Assembly (NCBI GenBank): GCA_934274515.1
Contig: CAKQTC010000005.1
Coordinates: 77,193-141,192, forward strand
Source of the DNA: an uncultured Clostridia bacterium
Lineage (GTDB): Bacteria > Bacillota > Clostridia > Christensenellales > DTU072
Reading direction: 5' to 3'
Length of the DNA: 64,000 nucleotides
Below, one piece after another: positions 19,701 through 27,900 of this stretch; positions within the stretch are counted from its first letter, which is position 1, and every line of letters begins with the position of its first letter. The position numbers and the translations under genes were made by a program. The notes beneath the pieces are model-generated. The model had not been told where the DNA came from. It was given only the letters and a program-made list of their open reading frames with translations, and searched no databases.

Positions 19701-22700
19701 TTAGTCTAAACACTTCGCTTACGTCGAAGAACAATACGTTTTCGAACGTGTTGTACTCGAATTTCTTGTCAGGTCCGAAGTAAGCGTCGTATATATCCGC
19801 GCGATAGTATGCCGCGTTGGTTAGTTGTTTGCCTTCTCCTCCGTCAACGACCGTAATCTTGCCGTTGTCGTCTTCGTCGTTTTTAATCTCGTACACGCCT
19901 TTCGACGTCATGGTTTCGCCGGAAACGAGTTCTATCTCCGTTACCGTCGAAGTAACTTCGTCTATGCTTACAAGCACGCTTATCGCGGTTTCGTTAATCG
20001 TGTCGCTGTTTATCGTCCCCGTGAGCGCGAACGACGTCGTTTTTATTTTTTTCGTAAGTCCGCGTTCGATTTCACGCAGTTTTCCTAAGTCCCAACGAAC
20101 TTCTTTCGCGTACAAAACCTTAGGGTCGTCTATCTGTATGAACGAAAAGCCCGCTACTCCCACGCCGCCGTCTTCGATAAGTCGGGCTATTCTGGCGTGT
20201 AACGCCGCGCTGTACTGCGTGTAATAACTTATTTCCGGATACCCTGCCGTAGTCGCGCCGGTATACACCTCGCCGTCCGCTTTCCCCGTGGCGAAGATGT
20301 CTATGTAATCGCTTATCTTGACGTCGCCGTCACGTTCGGATTTTATCGTACGAGAAGCGACGTTTACCGTAACGTATATATCGTTTTTAACCGCGCCCGA
20401 CGCAACGGTCATTTTAAGTTCTGCCTGTCCGCCCCTGCGGTCAAACAGATAATACCCGTCTTTGCCGTAGTATTTGTCGTAACGCGCGTCTTTGTAGTCC
20501 GCTCCGTATTCGGAGTTTCTGTAAACGGGGAATTCGCCGTAGTACCATTCGGTTTCGCCCGATACCGTTTCTCCGCTGCCCAGTTTAGCCTCGAACCGCG
20601 ACGGAAGCACGTCTTCATAACTTAAATACGGGTCGATGGATACCGCCTCGTCCTTGTCCTGCGCTCCGCCGTTTTTCAAATACAATACATATTCTTTTAC
20701 GTTACTTTCCATATTAAGCAACGCCGTCGATATGATTATTTGGCGTTTCGAGTCTTCCGAATTGCCGACGACACCGTAAACTATAAGTTTGGTTTCGTCC
20801 GTTCTCGGGTGCGCAAGCACGAAGTTTCCGTCGTCGTTTTTCTTTATAATGTTAAGTTCTTTTCCCGATACGTCCGTGGTAAGCCACCGCACGGGATATT
20901 CGACCCATTCTTTCGGGCTTTTCTCGCCGCCGTCGTAACCTGCCGGCAAATACAACCATATTCTGTCGGGAAGTCGCGCCGTCTTGTTGTACGGGTTTAT
21001 ACTGAAATAATCTATTTCCGTGATTTTGTCTTTCCCTTCCGGCTCGGTAAACTTAACCATATTCAAGTTTGCGGGCGTCGGAATCGCAGGTTCTCCGCTT
21101 GCGCTCATACTCTTTACGAGCGTGCAATCCATCTCGTCTACCCTATCGGGGGTTCTTCTGGGTGCGAGTACGCTAAGTCTAACCGTCTGAACGCTCATTC
21201 CGAGTTCTTTCCCGAACGTCGCCGTCGTCGTGTTCGTCGTCTGCGAGCCTTCTTCGCCGAACAAACCGATTACGCCGTTCAAATTCAGCCTGTTTTTCGC
21301 TTTTTCCCTTCCTGCCCATTCGAGCGAGCCGTAAACGTACTCGGTGCAGTATCTTTCCGTACTTATGCCTGCCGGTCTGGACAGCGAAACTATCCTCGTC
21401 GTTTCTCGGTCGTCGTTAAATTTAATTTTAACCGTATGCTCCGTAGAAGTGACCGTCGGTATATCGTACGTTTCCGTTTTCAACACGTCCATAACGTAGG
21501 TGTTTTCTTTATCGTCGATAATCACGCTCTTTACTTCCATTTGTTTAACCGTGATTTTTATCGCTATCTTCACGCCGCTGCCGTTTTTCTCGTCGCCGTA
21601 TGTCGCCACGGCATAACGCGTTTCTCCGCCGTAGTAAAAATAATCGTCGGTCAACTCGTTTGCGTTTATAAACTCCCATTCGAGTCCGAGTTCGGTCAAG
21701 AACATATAATTGTACCCTTCTCTGTTATAATAAAGCGGTCTTTTCTTAATTCCTTCGCCGTCGTCGTAACTCTCGTATCCGTACAAACTCTCGAAGTCGA
21801 GCATAACGTTTTGCAAAACGATGTTTTCCGCAAGGTAATCGTATTCCTTGCCTTCCTCGTTCTTTCTTATTCTCTTCATCATCGCGTGCGTGTACGGGTC
21901 GGCGACAAACTGCGCCACAACGGGTATCTGTTCTTCCCCGTTTACAAGCCTGAGTTCGTTCCCGTTGTTGTCCGTAACGGGTTTAACCGTACGATTGACC
22001 ACGCCGACGTAAATTTCTTTCTCTATGCTCGCTATGCTGTCTTTGCCGATTACGAGTTTATATTTCTTTATTCCGTCGGTTTTCTCCGCGAAAAGCGCAA
22101 GATTATACCCGTCGTGCGTCACGTTCGCGTCTTCGAATCCTTCTATTTCGCAATCGAGCGAACCGTATTCTCCTCCTTCGAACATAACGCGTATGGTCTT
22201 CGGCACTCCCGAATAAAACGCCGGGTCTATCATCAAAAACGGCGTCCTGTTCTTGTCCGCGTCGATTATTTCTCTGTCGATAATAACGTTCTTTACGCTG
22301 TAAGTTCCCGTCGTGCTGACTATTTGCAACGCGTACCCGAACTCTTTCCCGAACAACTTAGATACCGGGTTGTACTCCGTCTTTCCCGTAACGATTTTTA
22401 TGCTTTCGGGGTCGTAAGTAACGCGCATATTTATTCTCTTGTCGGAAACGGTAACGGCTACCGTTTCTTTCCACTTACTGCCGTTGGAATAAATGCTCGT
22501 CGCGGACGCGTCGTCGGGCGTATGCACCACGGGCGTGGTGTACTTCTCTTTCTCTACGCCGCTTAAATCCAACGGGTCAAACCCTATTTTGCACTTAACG
22601 CGCGCGTTCGTGTTCTTTATTCCTACGAGTTCGTTTACGGGGTCCTTCTTTTCGGTAACCATAAGGTCAACGCAGAAAAATCCGTCCGTCGTGTACGTCT

Positions 22701-24879
22701 TGGCGTTCTTCTCCGCCGCGTTGTAAATCGCAAGAAACGCGCTTAATCCCGTCTTGCCCGCAAAAATACTGTTCTCGGACAAAGTTTCGAGATTCCGCGC
22801 CACTTCGCTCTTGTCCATAACGTACGCTATGCCGCGCTCGTTCTTACTGTCGCCTACCGGCGTGTACAGTTCGATAAATACTTTGGACAAATCGTCCGAG
22901 TCGGACACTATCGACATAAACTTCGTCGTCGTCTTTTTCCCTTTGTCTTCAAGGAAAAATTCCATATCGAGCGAAGTAACCGCTTTCTTCTTCCCGTCGG
23001 CTCCGACAACGTACCGCTCGCTCATCTTGCCTTTCGCCACGACGTAATGCCCTTCGCTTATTATGTACGGCGTGTTCTTCCCCGTCGCGTCGCCGATAAA
23101 CGAACCTACGAACTCCGACAAACTCACGTTGCGCGCGCCGTACGGATTAAGTTCGATTTCGTATTCCACAGTGACAAGTTCGGGTTCTCTAAACTCGGTA
23201 TAGTTGAGTTCGTTAAGGTCGTCGGGGAATATTACTCCGACGTTTTCGACGGTATGCAAGTCTGTCGATATGACGAGTTTCGTTCCGTCGTATACGTCCA
23301 CTTTTACTATCTTCGTGCCGAAGTTATAGGTTATTACCACGCGCATATTGCGGAAGAAGTCGTCGCCGAGATACTGCCGCAGCAATTCTTCGTCTATACC
23401 GGTTTGTTCCGACATTATTGTAAGCAGACCTTTATCCTCGCCGCGAAGTTCCTTAACGAGGTCTTCGGTGACGGTGACTTTGATTTCCTTTTTCTCGACG
23501 TTGCTTTCCACCGCGTTTATTATCGATTCAAACGCTTTGCTTCCGAGATTGATTTTTCCGCCTATGGTCATTTTGTCCGCGGCTCGCAGTAGGTCGGTAT
23601 ACACTACGGCGAGGAATCCCGATAAATCGAAGTTTTTGAGATAAACCTTAGGCAGTCTGAGCGCGCCGAGAGCGACTGTCGTGCCGATAAAGTCGTACGC
23701 GCCTTTGGTGTTTATGTAAGTGAGCGCGTCCTTATAATAAACGCTTATGATTTCGTTTATATCGTCATATTTTTTTACGCCGACGTTTCCGCTGCTCACG
23801 GACAGGTCGTCGTAAACTCTCATCGTAACTTTGTTTTTCTTGTTGTCCGACGGAACTACGTCGTAGTCGAGCGCGAAGTCGAAGTCGCTTTCTCTCAATT
23901 CGGGTATAGTAGTTTTGCCTTTAAGCGAACCTTTGCCCGGCGACACTTTTTCGTAAACGTACGCGTCGGGTAAGCCCTTTGCCGCGGCGATTTCGTCTAC
24001 GACGACGTCGTGCGCGTATTCCCCTTTAATCATATACTTGCTTTCGTCTATCGTGCCGCGAATATCTATTAATTCCGAATGCACGTCGCCGTTGGTAAGG
24101 TTAAACGACGCTTCTTTTACGCTACAAGATTTGAGTTTGAACATAAGCATTCTGCTTAATCTGAACCCTAAATAATTGTCGGTTATCGCGTCGAACGTCG
24201 TGCCTATCATTGCGTTAAGCGCGGCAAAACGGTCGTTAAACCGTCCCATAATGACTTCCAGGTTTACTCCCGAAGCGGTAATTCTTTCACCTTTTTCCCC
24301 GACTTTTGCATAACTCATATTTTTAACGCCCATAACGGCGGACAAGACGGTATCCGGGGAGAATATATCCTGCATTTCCGTGCCGTAGGCATAGTTGCCC
24401 ATATCCAAAACGTCGATAGCCGACGCAAACGTTTCAAACAAAAGAAGGGTGCTGAAATTATTGATTACGTAGTGCCTTTCGCCTGCGGTAACGTACAAAT
24501 CCGCGGCGTCGTAGTACATTGTAAGTCTGTCTATTCCGTTCTCGTTGTCGAACAACTTTATATAATAATAGTTGCCGTCACGTTTGTTCGTTTTATAAAC
24601 GGCCTCGTACGTGAGCGTGAGGTTTTCTTCTCTCGTCATCAAGGTATATTCGCTCTTGACGTGATAGTCTTTGAGCGCGGCAAGATTTGCCTGTCCGTTT
24701 TTAATGCCTGCGTTCAATTTTTCCATATATTGAACGAAAGTCATTTTTTGGTCGGGCGGCGGAGTCGGGTCATCCTGTTCTTCCGAAGGCTTTTTCTCGC
24801 ACGCTATCATGGCAATCATGGCTACGACTACCATTATCGTAAGCAGCAAAATCAATAATCTTGTACGTTTATTTCGCAT
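7735..24879 (-). CDS. giant surface lipoprotein 1 (5714 aa)
   Basis: One uninterrupted 17,145-nt ORF with GGAGG 5 nt upstream of the ATG. N-terminus MRNKRTRLLILLLTIMVVVAMIAMIAC is a lipobox signal peptide. Many degenerate LP..v.v.f..G....y.V.W modules (Big_4-like Ig). A helical region of about 1,500 aa rich in A/E/K/Y (nt ~12750-17385). MBG-like aGtY.v.v....NY modules (nt ~8740-9960). A C-terminal PbH1-like parallel beta-helix block (nt ~7738-8270). Confidence 0.9.
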   Translation of the reverse strand: MRNKRTRLLILLLTIMVVVAMIAMIACEKKPSEEQDDPTPPPDQKMTFVQYMEKLNAGIKNGQANLAALKDYHVKSEYTLMTREENLTLTYEAVYKTNKRDGNYYYIKLFDNENGIDRLTMYYDAADLYVTAGERHYVINNFSTLLLFETFASAIDVLDMGNYAYGTEMQDIFSPDTVLSAVMGVKNMSYAKVGEKGERITASGVNLEVIMGRFNDRFAALNAMIGTTFDAITDNYLGFRLSRMLMFKLKSCSVKEASFNLTNGDVHSELIDIRGTIDESKYMIKGEYAHDVVVDEIAAAKGLPDAYVYEKVSPGKGSLKGKTTIPELRESDFDFALDYDVVPSDNKKNKVTMRVYDDLSVSSGNVGVKKYDDINEIISVYYKDALTYINTKGAYDFIGTTVALGALRLPKVYLKNFDLSGFLAVVYTDLLRAADKMTIGGKINLGSKAFESIINAVESNVEKKEIKVTVTEDLVKELRGEDKGLLTIMSEQTGIDEELLRQYLGDDFFRNMRVVITYNFGTKIVKVDVYDGTKLVISTDLHTVENVGVIFPDDLNELNYTEFREPELVTVEYEIELNPYGARNVSLSEFVGSFIGDATGKNTPYIISEGHYVVAKGKMSERYVVGADGKKKAVTSLDMEFFLEDKGKKTTTKFMSIVSDSDDLSKVFIELYTPVGDSKNERGIAYVMDKSEVARNLETLSENSIFAGKTGLSAFLAIYNAAEKNAKTYTTDGFFCVDLMVTEKKDPVNELVGIKNTNARVKCKIGFDPLDLSGVEKEKYTTPVVHTPDDASATSIYSNGSKWKETVAVTVSDKRINMRVTYDPESIKIVTGKTEYNPVSKLFGKEFGYALQIVSTTGTYSVKNVIIDREIIDADKNRTPFLMIDPAFYSGVPKTIRVMFEGGEYGSLDCEIEGFEDANVTHDGYNLALFAEKTDGIKKYKLVIGKDSIASIEKEIYVGVVNRTVKPVTDNNGNELRLVNGEEQIPVVAQFVADPYTHAMMKRIRKNEEGKEYDYLAENIVLQNVMLDFESLYGYESYDDGEGIKKRPLYYNREGYNYMFLTELGLEWEFINANELTDDYFYYGGETRYAVATYGDEKNGSGVKIAIKITVKQMEVKSVIIDDKENTYVMDVLKTETYDIPTVTSTEHTVKIKFNDDRETTRIVSLSRPAGISTERYCTEYVYGSLEWAGREKAKNRLNLNGVIGLFGEEGSQTTNTTTATFGKELGMSVQTVRLSVLAPRRTPDRVDEMDCTLVKSMSASGEPAIPTPANLNMVKFTEPEGKDKITEIDYFSINPYNKTARLPDRIWLYLPAGYDGGEKSPKEWVEYPVRWLTTDVSGKELNIIKKNDDGNFVLAHPRTDETKLIVYGVVGNSEDSKRQIIISTALLNMESNVKEYVLYLKNGGAQDKDEAVSIDPYLSYEDVLPSRFEAKLGSGETVSGETEWYYGEFPVYRNSEYGADYKDARYDKYYGKDGYYLFDRRGGQAELKMTVASGAVKNDIYVTVNVASRTIKSERDGDVKISDYIDIFATGKADGEVYTGATTAGYPEISYYTQYSAALHARIARLIEDGGVGVAGFSFIQIDDPKVLYAKEVRWDLGKLREIERGLTKKIKTTSFALTGTINSDTINETAISVLVSIDEVTSTVTEIELVSGETMTSKGVYEIKNDEDDNGKITVVDGGEGKQLTNAAYYRADIYDAYFGPDKKFEYNTFENVLFFDVSEVFRLSRESSGVYAAPSDYFEYLFRAVRLRFTSGKTIVANASASINYGGKDAAYFNKNVLGFGDVYYETGRTLGYGFIILERFSEGSALDRTLVIVAADKSTVDDKQREDYIDALGEDLNELYPERYNLPGKVTVGFRKEDGSTYNSTYAVKEWTPYRDYFSDDRAAKTSIPAEYINIIDGVDYTFSYVLPDMEGANATYNTFYYNVKFRKKNVRSIFFDGSGQTSTYDIKEGKINVDNTYTFLSYDPAATDEKRYVVNLSAIPTVVKMIADVQNYQAGGSDIYTVKWNFLDEEGNSRTAFDEKIFRQGTDENGVLIATYSFDSYYDSSRKKVTQTLELRLVLAPMRFYAIADENFTVIAHQNEGEDELLNTIVIDPYNNTMGNNGTLTLPSTLTLSFNAGQKFKFSNVSYGLLNAQGTYQKDIRTIGYNENGHKLDLAYTPDPTWLNLRVYVRGYSEEMGKNNGIRINIKFLKRNITDTRIPNSVYLSDGSFDYERDANGNIIYNENRPLKKTYNSYAKYAFSGSGFNEEGRMPVYFVDPYNSATFALPTKASFEFASTEAGVYVEYGISGWQYYNYSKSAYEDFEEFKEGKKPSSFTRFYTAVDDNNTNKRSYFNPSTDSYKGQTYALRGYVSVGDERQYFDVVMVVLNRSLRTSAILKDEYKVNYDFIDPIAAMLKDIPQLFGENAFVDYDRYTAKFSAGGRRTYGEGTYDFVLEEGGEFSRKDENGVATNHAIVPEMLWSSEYDTDGDGVPDTLFEQLVDKGFVGTIDGNLYSHDTGIKALFKYYELKKDAEYGRLASALLWDELFLANGSISSAYSDAARRAIQNEAAELEKEVIFATYKIVVNKTGTSDEIAAGSALSEDDKYALTTTVIDAILQIINKEDQKLYDKNKEEDMKYLAYRTYLATKDSYDRWTETNGDKDIRVRIYEAWTACIKEYRAADVKNSGNISANQKAKAEHFLKIYNKEGAFNTAEKAALDAKKKTIMASLYVNRNSALWDEVYFAANPVEREMMSRYEKEYQTTDDDGRSGKSMASDFFRRDVSSLSDIGTKGERAEADVSIPVIKYSSIEVTGGGTTIRFNKFNFQSIDKTFTVRFELSYDEIYKRMLEEAEEAVRSSYREEKKSEVLGEYEIQAIKDRVNAIAPKKTDKDGNYYIIDGLKNKGGKAFDYDMWIKGNDKDEYRNFWNALIKHYRDAAISIIVRNVSVLTNKGYDDIKEDATFGVSVPEWKAITDAFKEVSILSIADGKIADVRGKFDFEKQADRRQAVRYLATFVADGLKITIGDAYVKLGLNAIYATDHEYEVTEEIWTTVKAKFRFEAFREIALNKLAYIEKNNDVEEEKGRNKAVRDLAEYLVESDVSVSKLEEVYENTEKEKRATTLANTLLVTTSADEGMKKAARAAASEAGSDEPEVGYAVLFSYSYPATVTDVMYDLLEATFGQSNEAFTDLCDRHSTKRQKKAIVAYLSKQSENPELRIAAETYFTFLTRYAKGKTSPYDVMMKNPTGVGYAATSIETIENGLPTVNCLLYYAEPNQTYLDAIKSKSSAIGMTEREITVAMKRMKLYDTLYSRASQQDKDNYYSVFEKESSYVAGNDAMERLFSALEKNGEQGKEITAALVSFYDKENQNQNNLAYFAFCALVNKAIEVGTTDGKAYETFVDEYVAENEHKKSKELLDAIQANYDESKKQSDSSVTGIGYISKNYYAGYFEGKGYLTINDYTDDYHDVPYLKEELDKILEKKGLAYGETAKNAIAETYMKDTLLRSIAKYCASADATSRATIEEVVATFTGRRINGGDAETEFIALAATNNLGAELGVKIYDALNERDDFDRGEVEKIKERYYAEWLEEARGAAKKNIQSTQTSQIEKNAAFNAEISRLTGLMNVLSGKAEGTPLEGGTLDSAKEVATVKIRAQMLATAENNCIKYNAAYNATVKNALYSDAKTYAYDRMCEVKSESGNYVYRATLEEIMATKTKEAAEGSGKQEFDKRKFDEAEQAMLSDKLSAAKNAINLAIKTALYAKTYDKITLFSLTASEFAYKLYAFINNGATSDNAAAELFGTNLNGADGMIGNTLNEYAAGQAVDPTGEARRIVNRLADWWKAGTAAASIYGVLGEEERAFIEQIYRQAYYQANALAGGALTSALSAEVAYATMTTSIYLFLQDKDDEESKVPADYYSAGNEDEYKAFIVGLMLDGDLLNQKGHALTLAAARLNTVVTELALNDAKRLCEYTGTGTVVGSTTLSQLVDVMANVLIKASGVIKTGEITEEEIAEREKFYLGYLEKAVNYVEYTSVYGAEEYSHSDDLLASNPLHDYADKIYVKVTGKNLYGISRTDLEREDEFGMLSFGKYLEKANGDYSLALELMTETRIVEVRDFVSEDHAEKGYVHVVYFDRLKWNEDNPTGSEGNNPYYDNCNVFIANDGKTYRIVDVSGGYGYANALKATGLKYTLSDFTEIDLYFDADESNPYNEPTRVDDKGDTVIDYTDMTKYAKAMETNEKKNLLMLDALAPELPDKAYAIGYVKTGAAIDYAAGIKLGKVDITEYSQEFNKLVYKGIKAETDDAYVIKVREARGTVYQKQGDIRVGYLDRNVQKVYLETGAYIKGRAKPETSGEFVNKYSQYDETTGNATSGKNVIYVDPTNVNLVLSEKKSYAMPTAMTVKCGEGEKIEFTDVVWDMSKVKFGLSGTDNKGIDMRVLEYRYVDGNGNTRKIEYDYAKFSVTMTTYDKDTGEEKRKDKYELSKDDMIDWNTVLVIENQSLQGISDSDTNNTIAEATSSSSADATSHSLEINPYYPEYPEKLQLTLANGSKNIELTQSDWAPDLTKLNNIRRGAATDYKFDASFYYLGYEIKVKFKAMEITVPIGEMLDGGTIYLMRDGGDYGTQFKRNYGEMYFNFAKEEEGKPNWQKVPVALKDANKISKTETGIQQVKAVIGSTSVTAGIEANVKFNLRLIDLKNYAEYDGGYNNFVYYDYYSIPSDGSKKATGTGESPAAMGDTFLFVDSDGEKAAFNAESDALQYDFIGSTVTVYATYGIDKEADAKLAYDANGTRKRGLYFTMPMESYERSDVSDVEFVTDATGKKWKWTSKSKTSPDYVDAIYWKIGTPMKASDLPTIRDRITGKEIKLDWDLAGLNVNRANVEVPNHATTNDGAEILGYYMIKNGIWQSVRLRVYIEKINITDHIIGFTKADGTKNEGTTLEKEYNAQYYELPFNAEADDMAFLREDGTHAVIPAENYVVEYMKEGADAWSSEQLPLDAGTYYIRVRLRADDYNVYIEYDNDKLFTLTIKPYVVDMSKVKFVGEDANGAINVVYGASNVFTVAEGLPAFTPAGWFAPGEKSRLYNNYVKDGMTEEEAKAEVYGVIYNRVADRTKDALDAWYREGKATFGYDRVGREQDIKIKAWIYDSKMDAGITLVEIQVRFTYYYGTEQLDYVPTDCGNYTVKVNLDKDNANYVEGEKSKNVTLRIERDENIRYAFATANLVYNGRVQNPEISDLHKDGTVPFGVKVTYRYVINGKLLVVVVEGVKDVSGNVVNKITVDSANTSVTNPTSGIKNAGAYICSVEIDGGNNYPDGKINDQPIGISAAKVFIDIADINKKYLSDVANLSEYVKVYDEDGNEQEEGILLGGDKLADLGILRLSAADAEGITFGSYFKVGTYYTFIDGLASSSTATTTYTELDSAQYGFNGYIYSKLALKSYDKEGSLYKDAEGNAAVIDLFGNYNIFVRTHEFVDGVKAAGIYKVEGEDGSDGVASNAELQEYIANLKDGDYKIVYLSSLIDAEGNVAAYDPIVIDKAVRLKIVGYTKNGGISESGIDVRQIETKIKGIRVLKGIVELRIISIESDTSGNSALFIGDEAGAVSMYNCRITKSGNKTDNVTGVETSINYKGSVYVEKTTIDNVSMAINFAGGALEVRESTIERNYNGIVISTSGNNVNISETKFGNNIGTAITSVTGDLTIRKCRFEYNGISLDLPVGTPIRTDINNANVYENNGDDALYE

Positions 24880-24918
24880 TTCTTCCTCCGCTTTTGAAAG
24901 CGTTATTTTTTTGTTTCC

Positions 24919-24939
24919 GCCGCGACTGTCCGTCGCGGC
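24919..24939 (-). promoter_or_regulatory. GC-rich hairpin in the 68-nt gap between giant genes 2 and 1
   Basis: GCCGCGAC-5 nt-GTCGCGGC. The T-run is on the plus-strand side only, so in the minus-sense RNA it is a hairpin without a U-tract. Function unknown (processing, stability or attenuation). Confidence 0.4.
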
Positions 24940-24947
24940 TCGTTTTT

Positions 24948-27900
24948 TTATTTCAACACAAGTATTAACAAGTTATACTCGTGCGACGTTCCGTCGAGGA
25001 CAAACTTCTTAGACGATAACCTGCTCGTTCCTTCATCGTACACCCACTCTATGTCGGTTATCTTAACGAGTAACTGTTCGTTTCCGTCGCCGCCCGTTAT
25101 TACGTCGTACTTAACTCCGTATTTCCCGCGCGCGGTTCTCTCCGCGTGGATTTGCAGCAGTTTATACATATTCGCGCCGATATCGTCGTACGGAGCCGTC
25201 TTCTCGTCCGTTTCGTAACGCGACTCGTTCTTGTTCTCGTTCCAGTACTCTTTTCTTACCGAAACGTAAATTTCGGGATAGAACGGTCTGCCGCGTTCTA
25301 TCGCTTTCAAGTACTCGGCTTTGCTGAGTGCCGCCACAGGCTCGTACCCGGTACCTTTCTTTTCGTAATACCCGAGCGGACTGTAATCCGCGAAAAGCAC
25401 CTTGACGGGGGTCTGTTTCATATAAATTTCCGACGAGCCTTCCACTCCGACAAGCACGGTTACTTGAACGCTGTTGTTACCGCCGCCTCTAAGTCTTTCC
25501 TTTTCTTTGGCGTAGTCGTACCGTTCGTTTATAGCGAGTAGCGCGTACGCGTCGCGGACGCACATTTCTTCGGTATAAGCGTCGCCGCGATAGTCGTTAA
25601 GCGCGCGTTGATATTTCTTGGCGTTTTCGATTATCTCTAATCTTTCGTTTTCGCTAATGATATCCCACGTCATAAGCAAGTTCTTCGCGTACGTTTTTAC
25701 CGACGCGTCTTCCACGTCGGGATACGCGTATCTTACGAACGCCGAGATACCGTTGATCACCGCGTCGTAGCCGTTGTTCCACAAATACCTTACTCTCAAC
25801 TCTTCCTTGCGGTAAGCGACGTTGATTTCTTTTAGTTTTACCTTGCCCGTCGTCGGGAAATATCCGTCCGGAGACACCACTACGGGCGCTTGTTTTAATT
25901 GTCCCATAATCGCGTCGCCTACTTCTTCAAACAGTTTGCACGCGCGATTTTCGCACTTAACGGTCGCGATTTCTCCGTTTACTTCTACCGTCAGTTTAAC
26001 TTCGCGTCCCGAGCAATTTTCGGTTTTACACACGAGCGACCACTTGTTCGCGCCGAACACCGTCGCGGAGTGCTTTCCTTCACATTCCGAACAGGTAAAC
26101 TCGCCCGTCGCTACGTCGAGATCGTACCTAACGCCCGACTCTTCACAGGTAATCGTCACTACGTTATCCTTAATTTCCGCCGTATGCGCGCCTGCCTCGA
26201 TGAACGACATCTTTTCTATCGACATTCTTTCGCAACTGTACGTCGCCTTCGTCGGAGCGGCAATATCCCCGTATTCTTTCAACCCGTCGAGCGAAGGACG
26301 TCCCACTTCGGAGTTGCCGAGATAAATAAGACAGTTGTTGTCGGTCGTCTGTTCGCTTATTACGCGATTTCTTTTCGGCGCGTCCCAGTAAATTACGTAT
26401 CTCTTTCTCGCGTTTACCGTTTCCATCGACTCGTCGTCAAGTCCGTATTCGAGCAATCTGCTGTCTTCGGGATAGAACAGTTTTCTTATAAATCCGTCGT
26501 TTTTGTCGCGAATTACGACGTCAACGACTTCTCCTTTCTGCTCGAACACTATTCTTCTCACCGCTTTTTCGCCGCTTGCGTCGGGCATATAAATCTTAAC
26601 GCCGAACGTCACCAAATAGTAGTCTTCCGCCGAGTACGCGCTGTACGCCGAGAAATACACGTTAAGCGCGCCCATATAAACGAACCTTTCGGTCGCCGCG
26701 CCTACGACGAACTCTATTCCCGCCTCGGTTTCCGTTTTGCGGTACATTCCGGCGTAGTTCCACTGCGCGACGTATAGGTTCATTTCCACGGTCTGTCCCG
26801 CTTCGCTTCCTATCTTGCCCGTAACCGTCGCTTTCCCGCCGTCTGAGACAGCCGCCACGTTCCCCGTCGGTTGAATACTGAGTTTGCTCCATTTTATTTT
26901 CATTGCGTCGCCGCCGACCATCATCGTCGAAGGCATGTCTTCTTCCGCGCGGAACTCGAACGGGTTATACACGTACATCGACTGCGCGCCGACGTTACCG
27001 TCGTAGTCGTACTCGTTTACCAACGAGTAAATTATCGTACTCGTCGCGTCGTAACCCGAGAACTTATCGATTTTCTTTACGCCGTTTCTTACCGAGTACA
27101 CGAGCGTGTATCGTACCGCGCCGAGAACCGTCTTTCCGCTTTCGTCGTATTCGTACTCGTAGAAGAATATCGTGTTCGCGTTCGCTCCGCCGCCTTCTTT
27201 CATAAGATACTTCTTATCCGACGTCGCCTCTTCTTCGCCCGATTCCTTTCTCGCATACGCTATCGCGTCTTCCGCGTAAACGGTAGTAACGATTTTGTCT
27301 TTGTCCGCAAGCAATCTTTCTCTTGCCGCAACCGCGATATATACCGCTTTCGAGTCGCCCGTAACGGGCGCGGTTATCGTTCCGGCAATCGTACCTTCTC
27401 TGCCTAGATAACTTACCGCTCCGCTTATCGTGTCCGTAGTCCACGTTATTCCCGTTTGATACGGTCTGCCGCTTTCGTCTTCGAGCGAATCGTCGCCTTC
27501 GAAGTACACGAGTATCTTGTGCGGAACCGCCCTGTACGCGTAATACGGCTCGATTAAGTATCTCGCGGTGTACTCGTCGATAAGATCGTTGAACTTCGCC
27601 GCGGAATACGTTCCGCCTTCGTATTTATTCAACGTGAATATCTGTCCGTTTATCGATTGAACGTCCTTAATCGCGTCCATATACTCCGCTTCGAGATAGA
27701 CGTTTCTCGAATAACTCTTTATCCCTGCCGCAATAAGGTTGCGCAATATCGACGTTACCGGCGTTCCGCTCATAAGACTTCTTCTTATCGAGTTAACCGT
27801 GGTAGCGTAGTTCGATATGTAGTTATACGAATACGCGATGACGTTCTCCTCCAACGAGGTAAACTCGTTCCAGGCAGCGCCGTCCGTTGCTATCGAATCG

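Noticed and set aside
20740-22566. Very long plus-strand ORFs inside the giant genes: 20740-22566 (608 aa), 10939-12348 (469 aa), 50330-51610 (426 aa), 27657-28874 (405 aa), 18631-19704 (357 aa) and many shorter ones.
   Set aside because: They are antisense shadows of the giant ORFs. Their products are low-complexity and rich in R/V/F, they lack SD sites, and they arise because the sense strand rarely uses TTA, CTA or TCA codons. The minus-strand frames have proper starts, signal peptides and recognisable domains.
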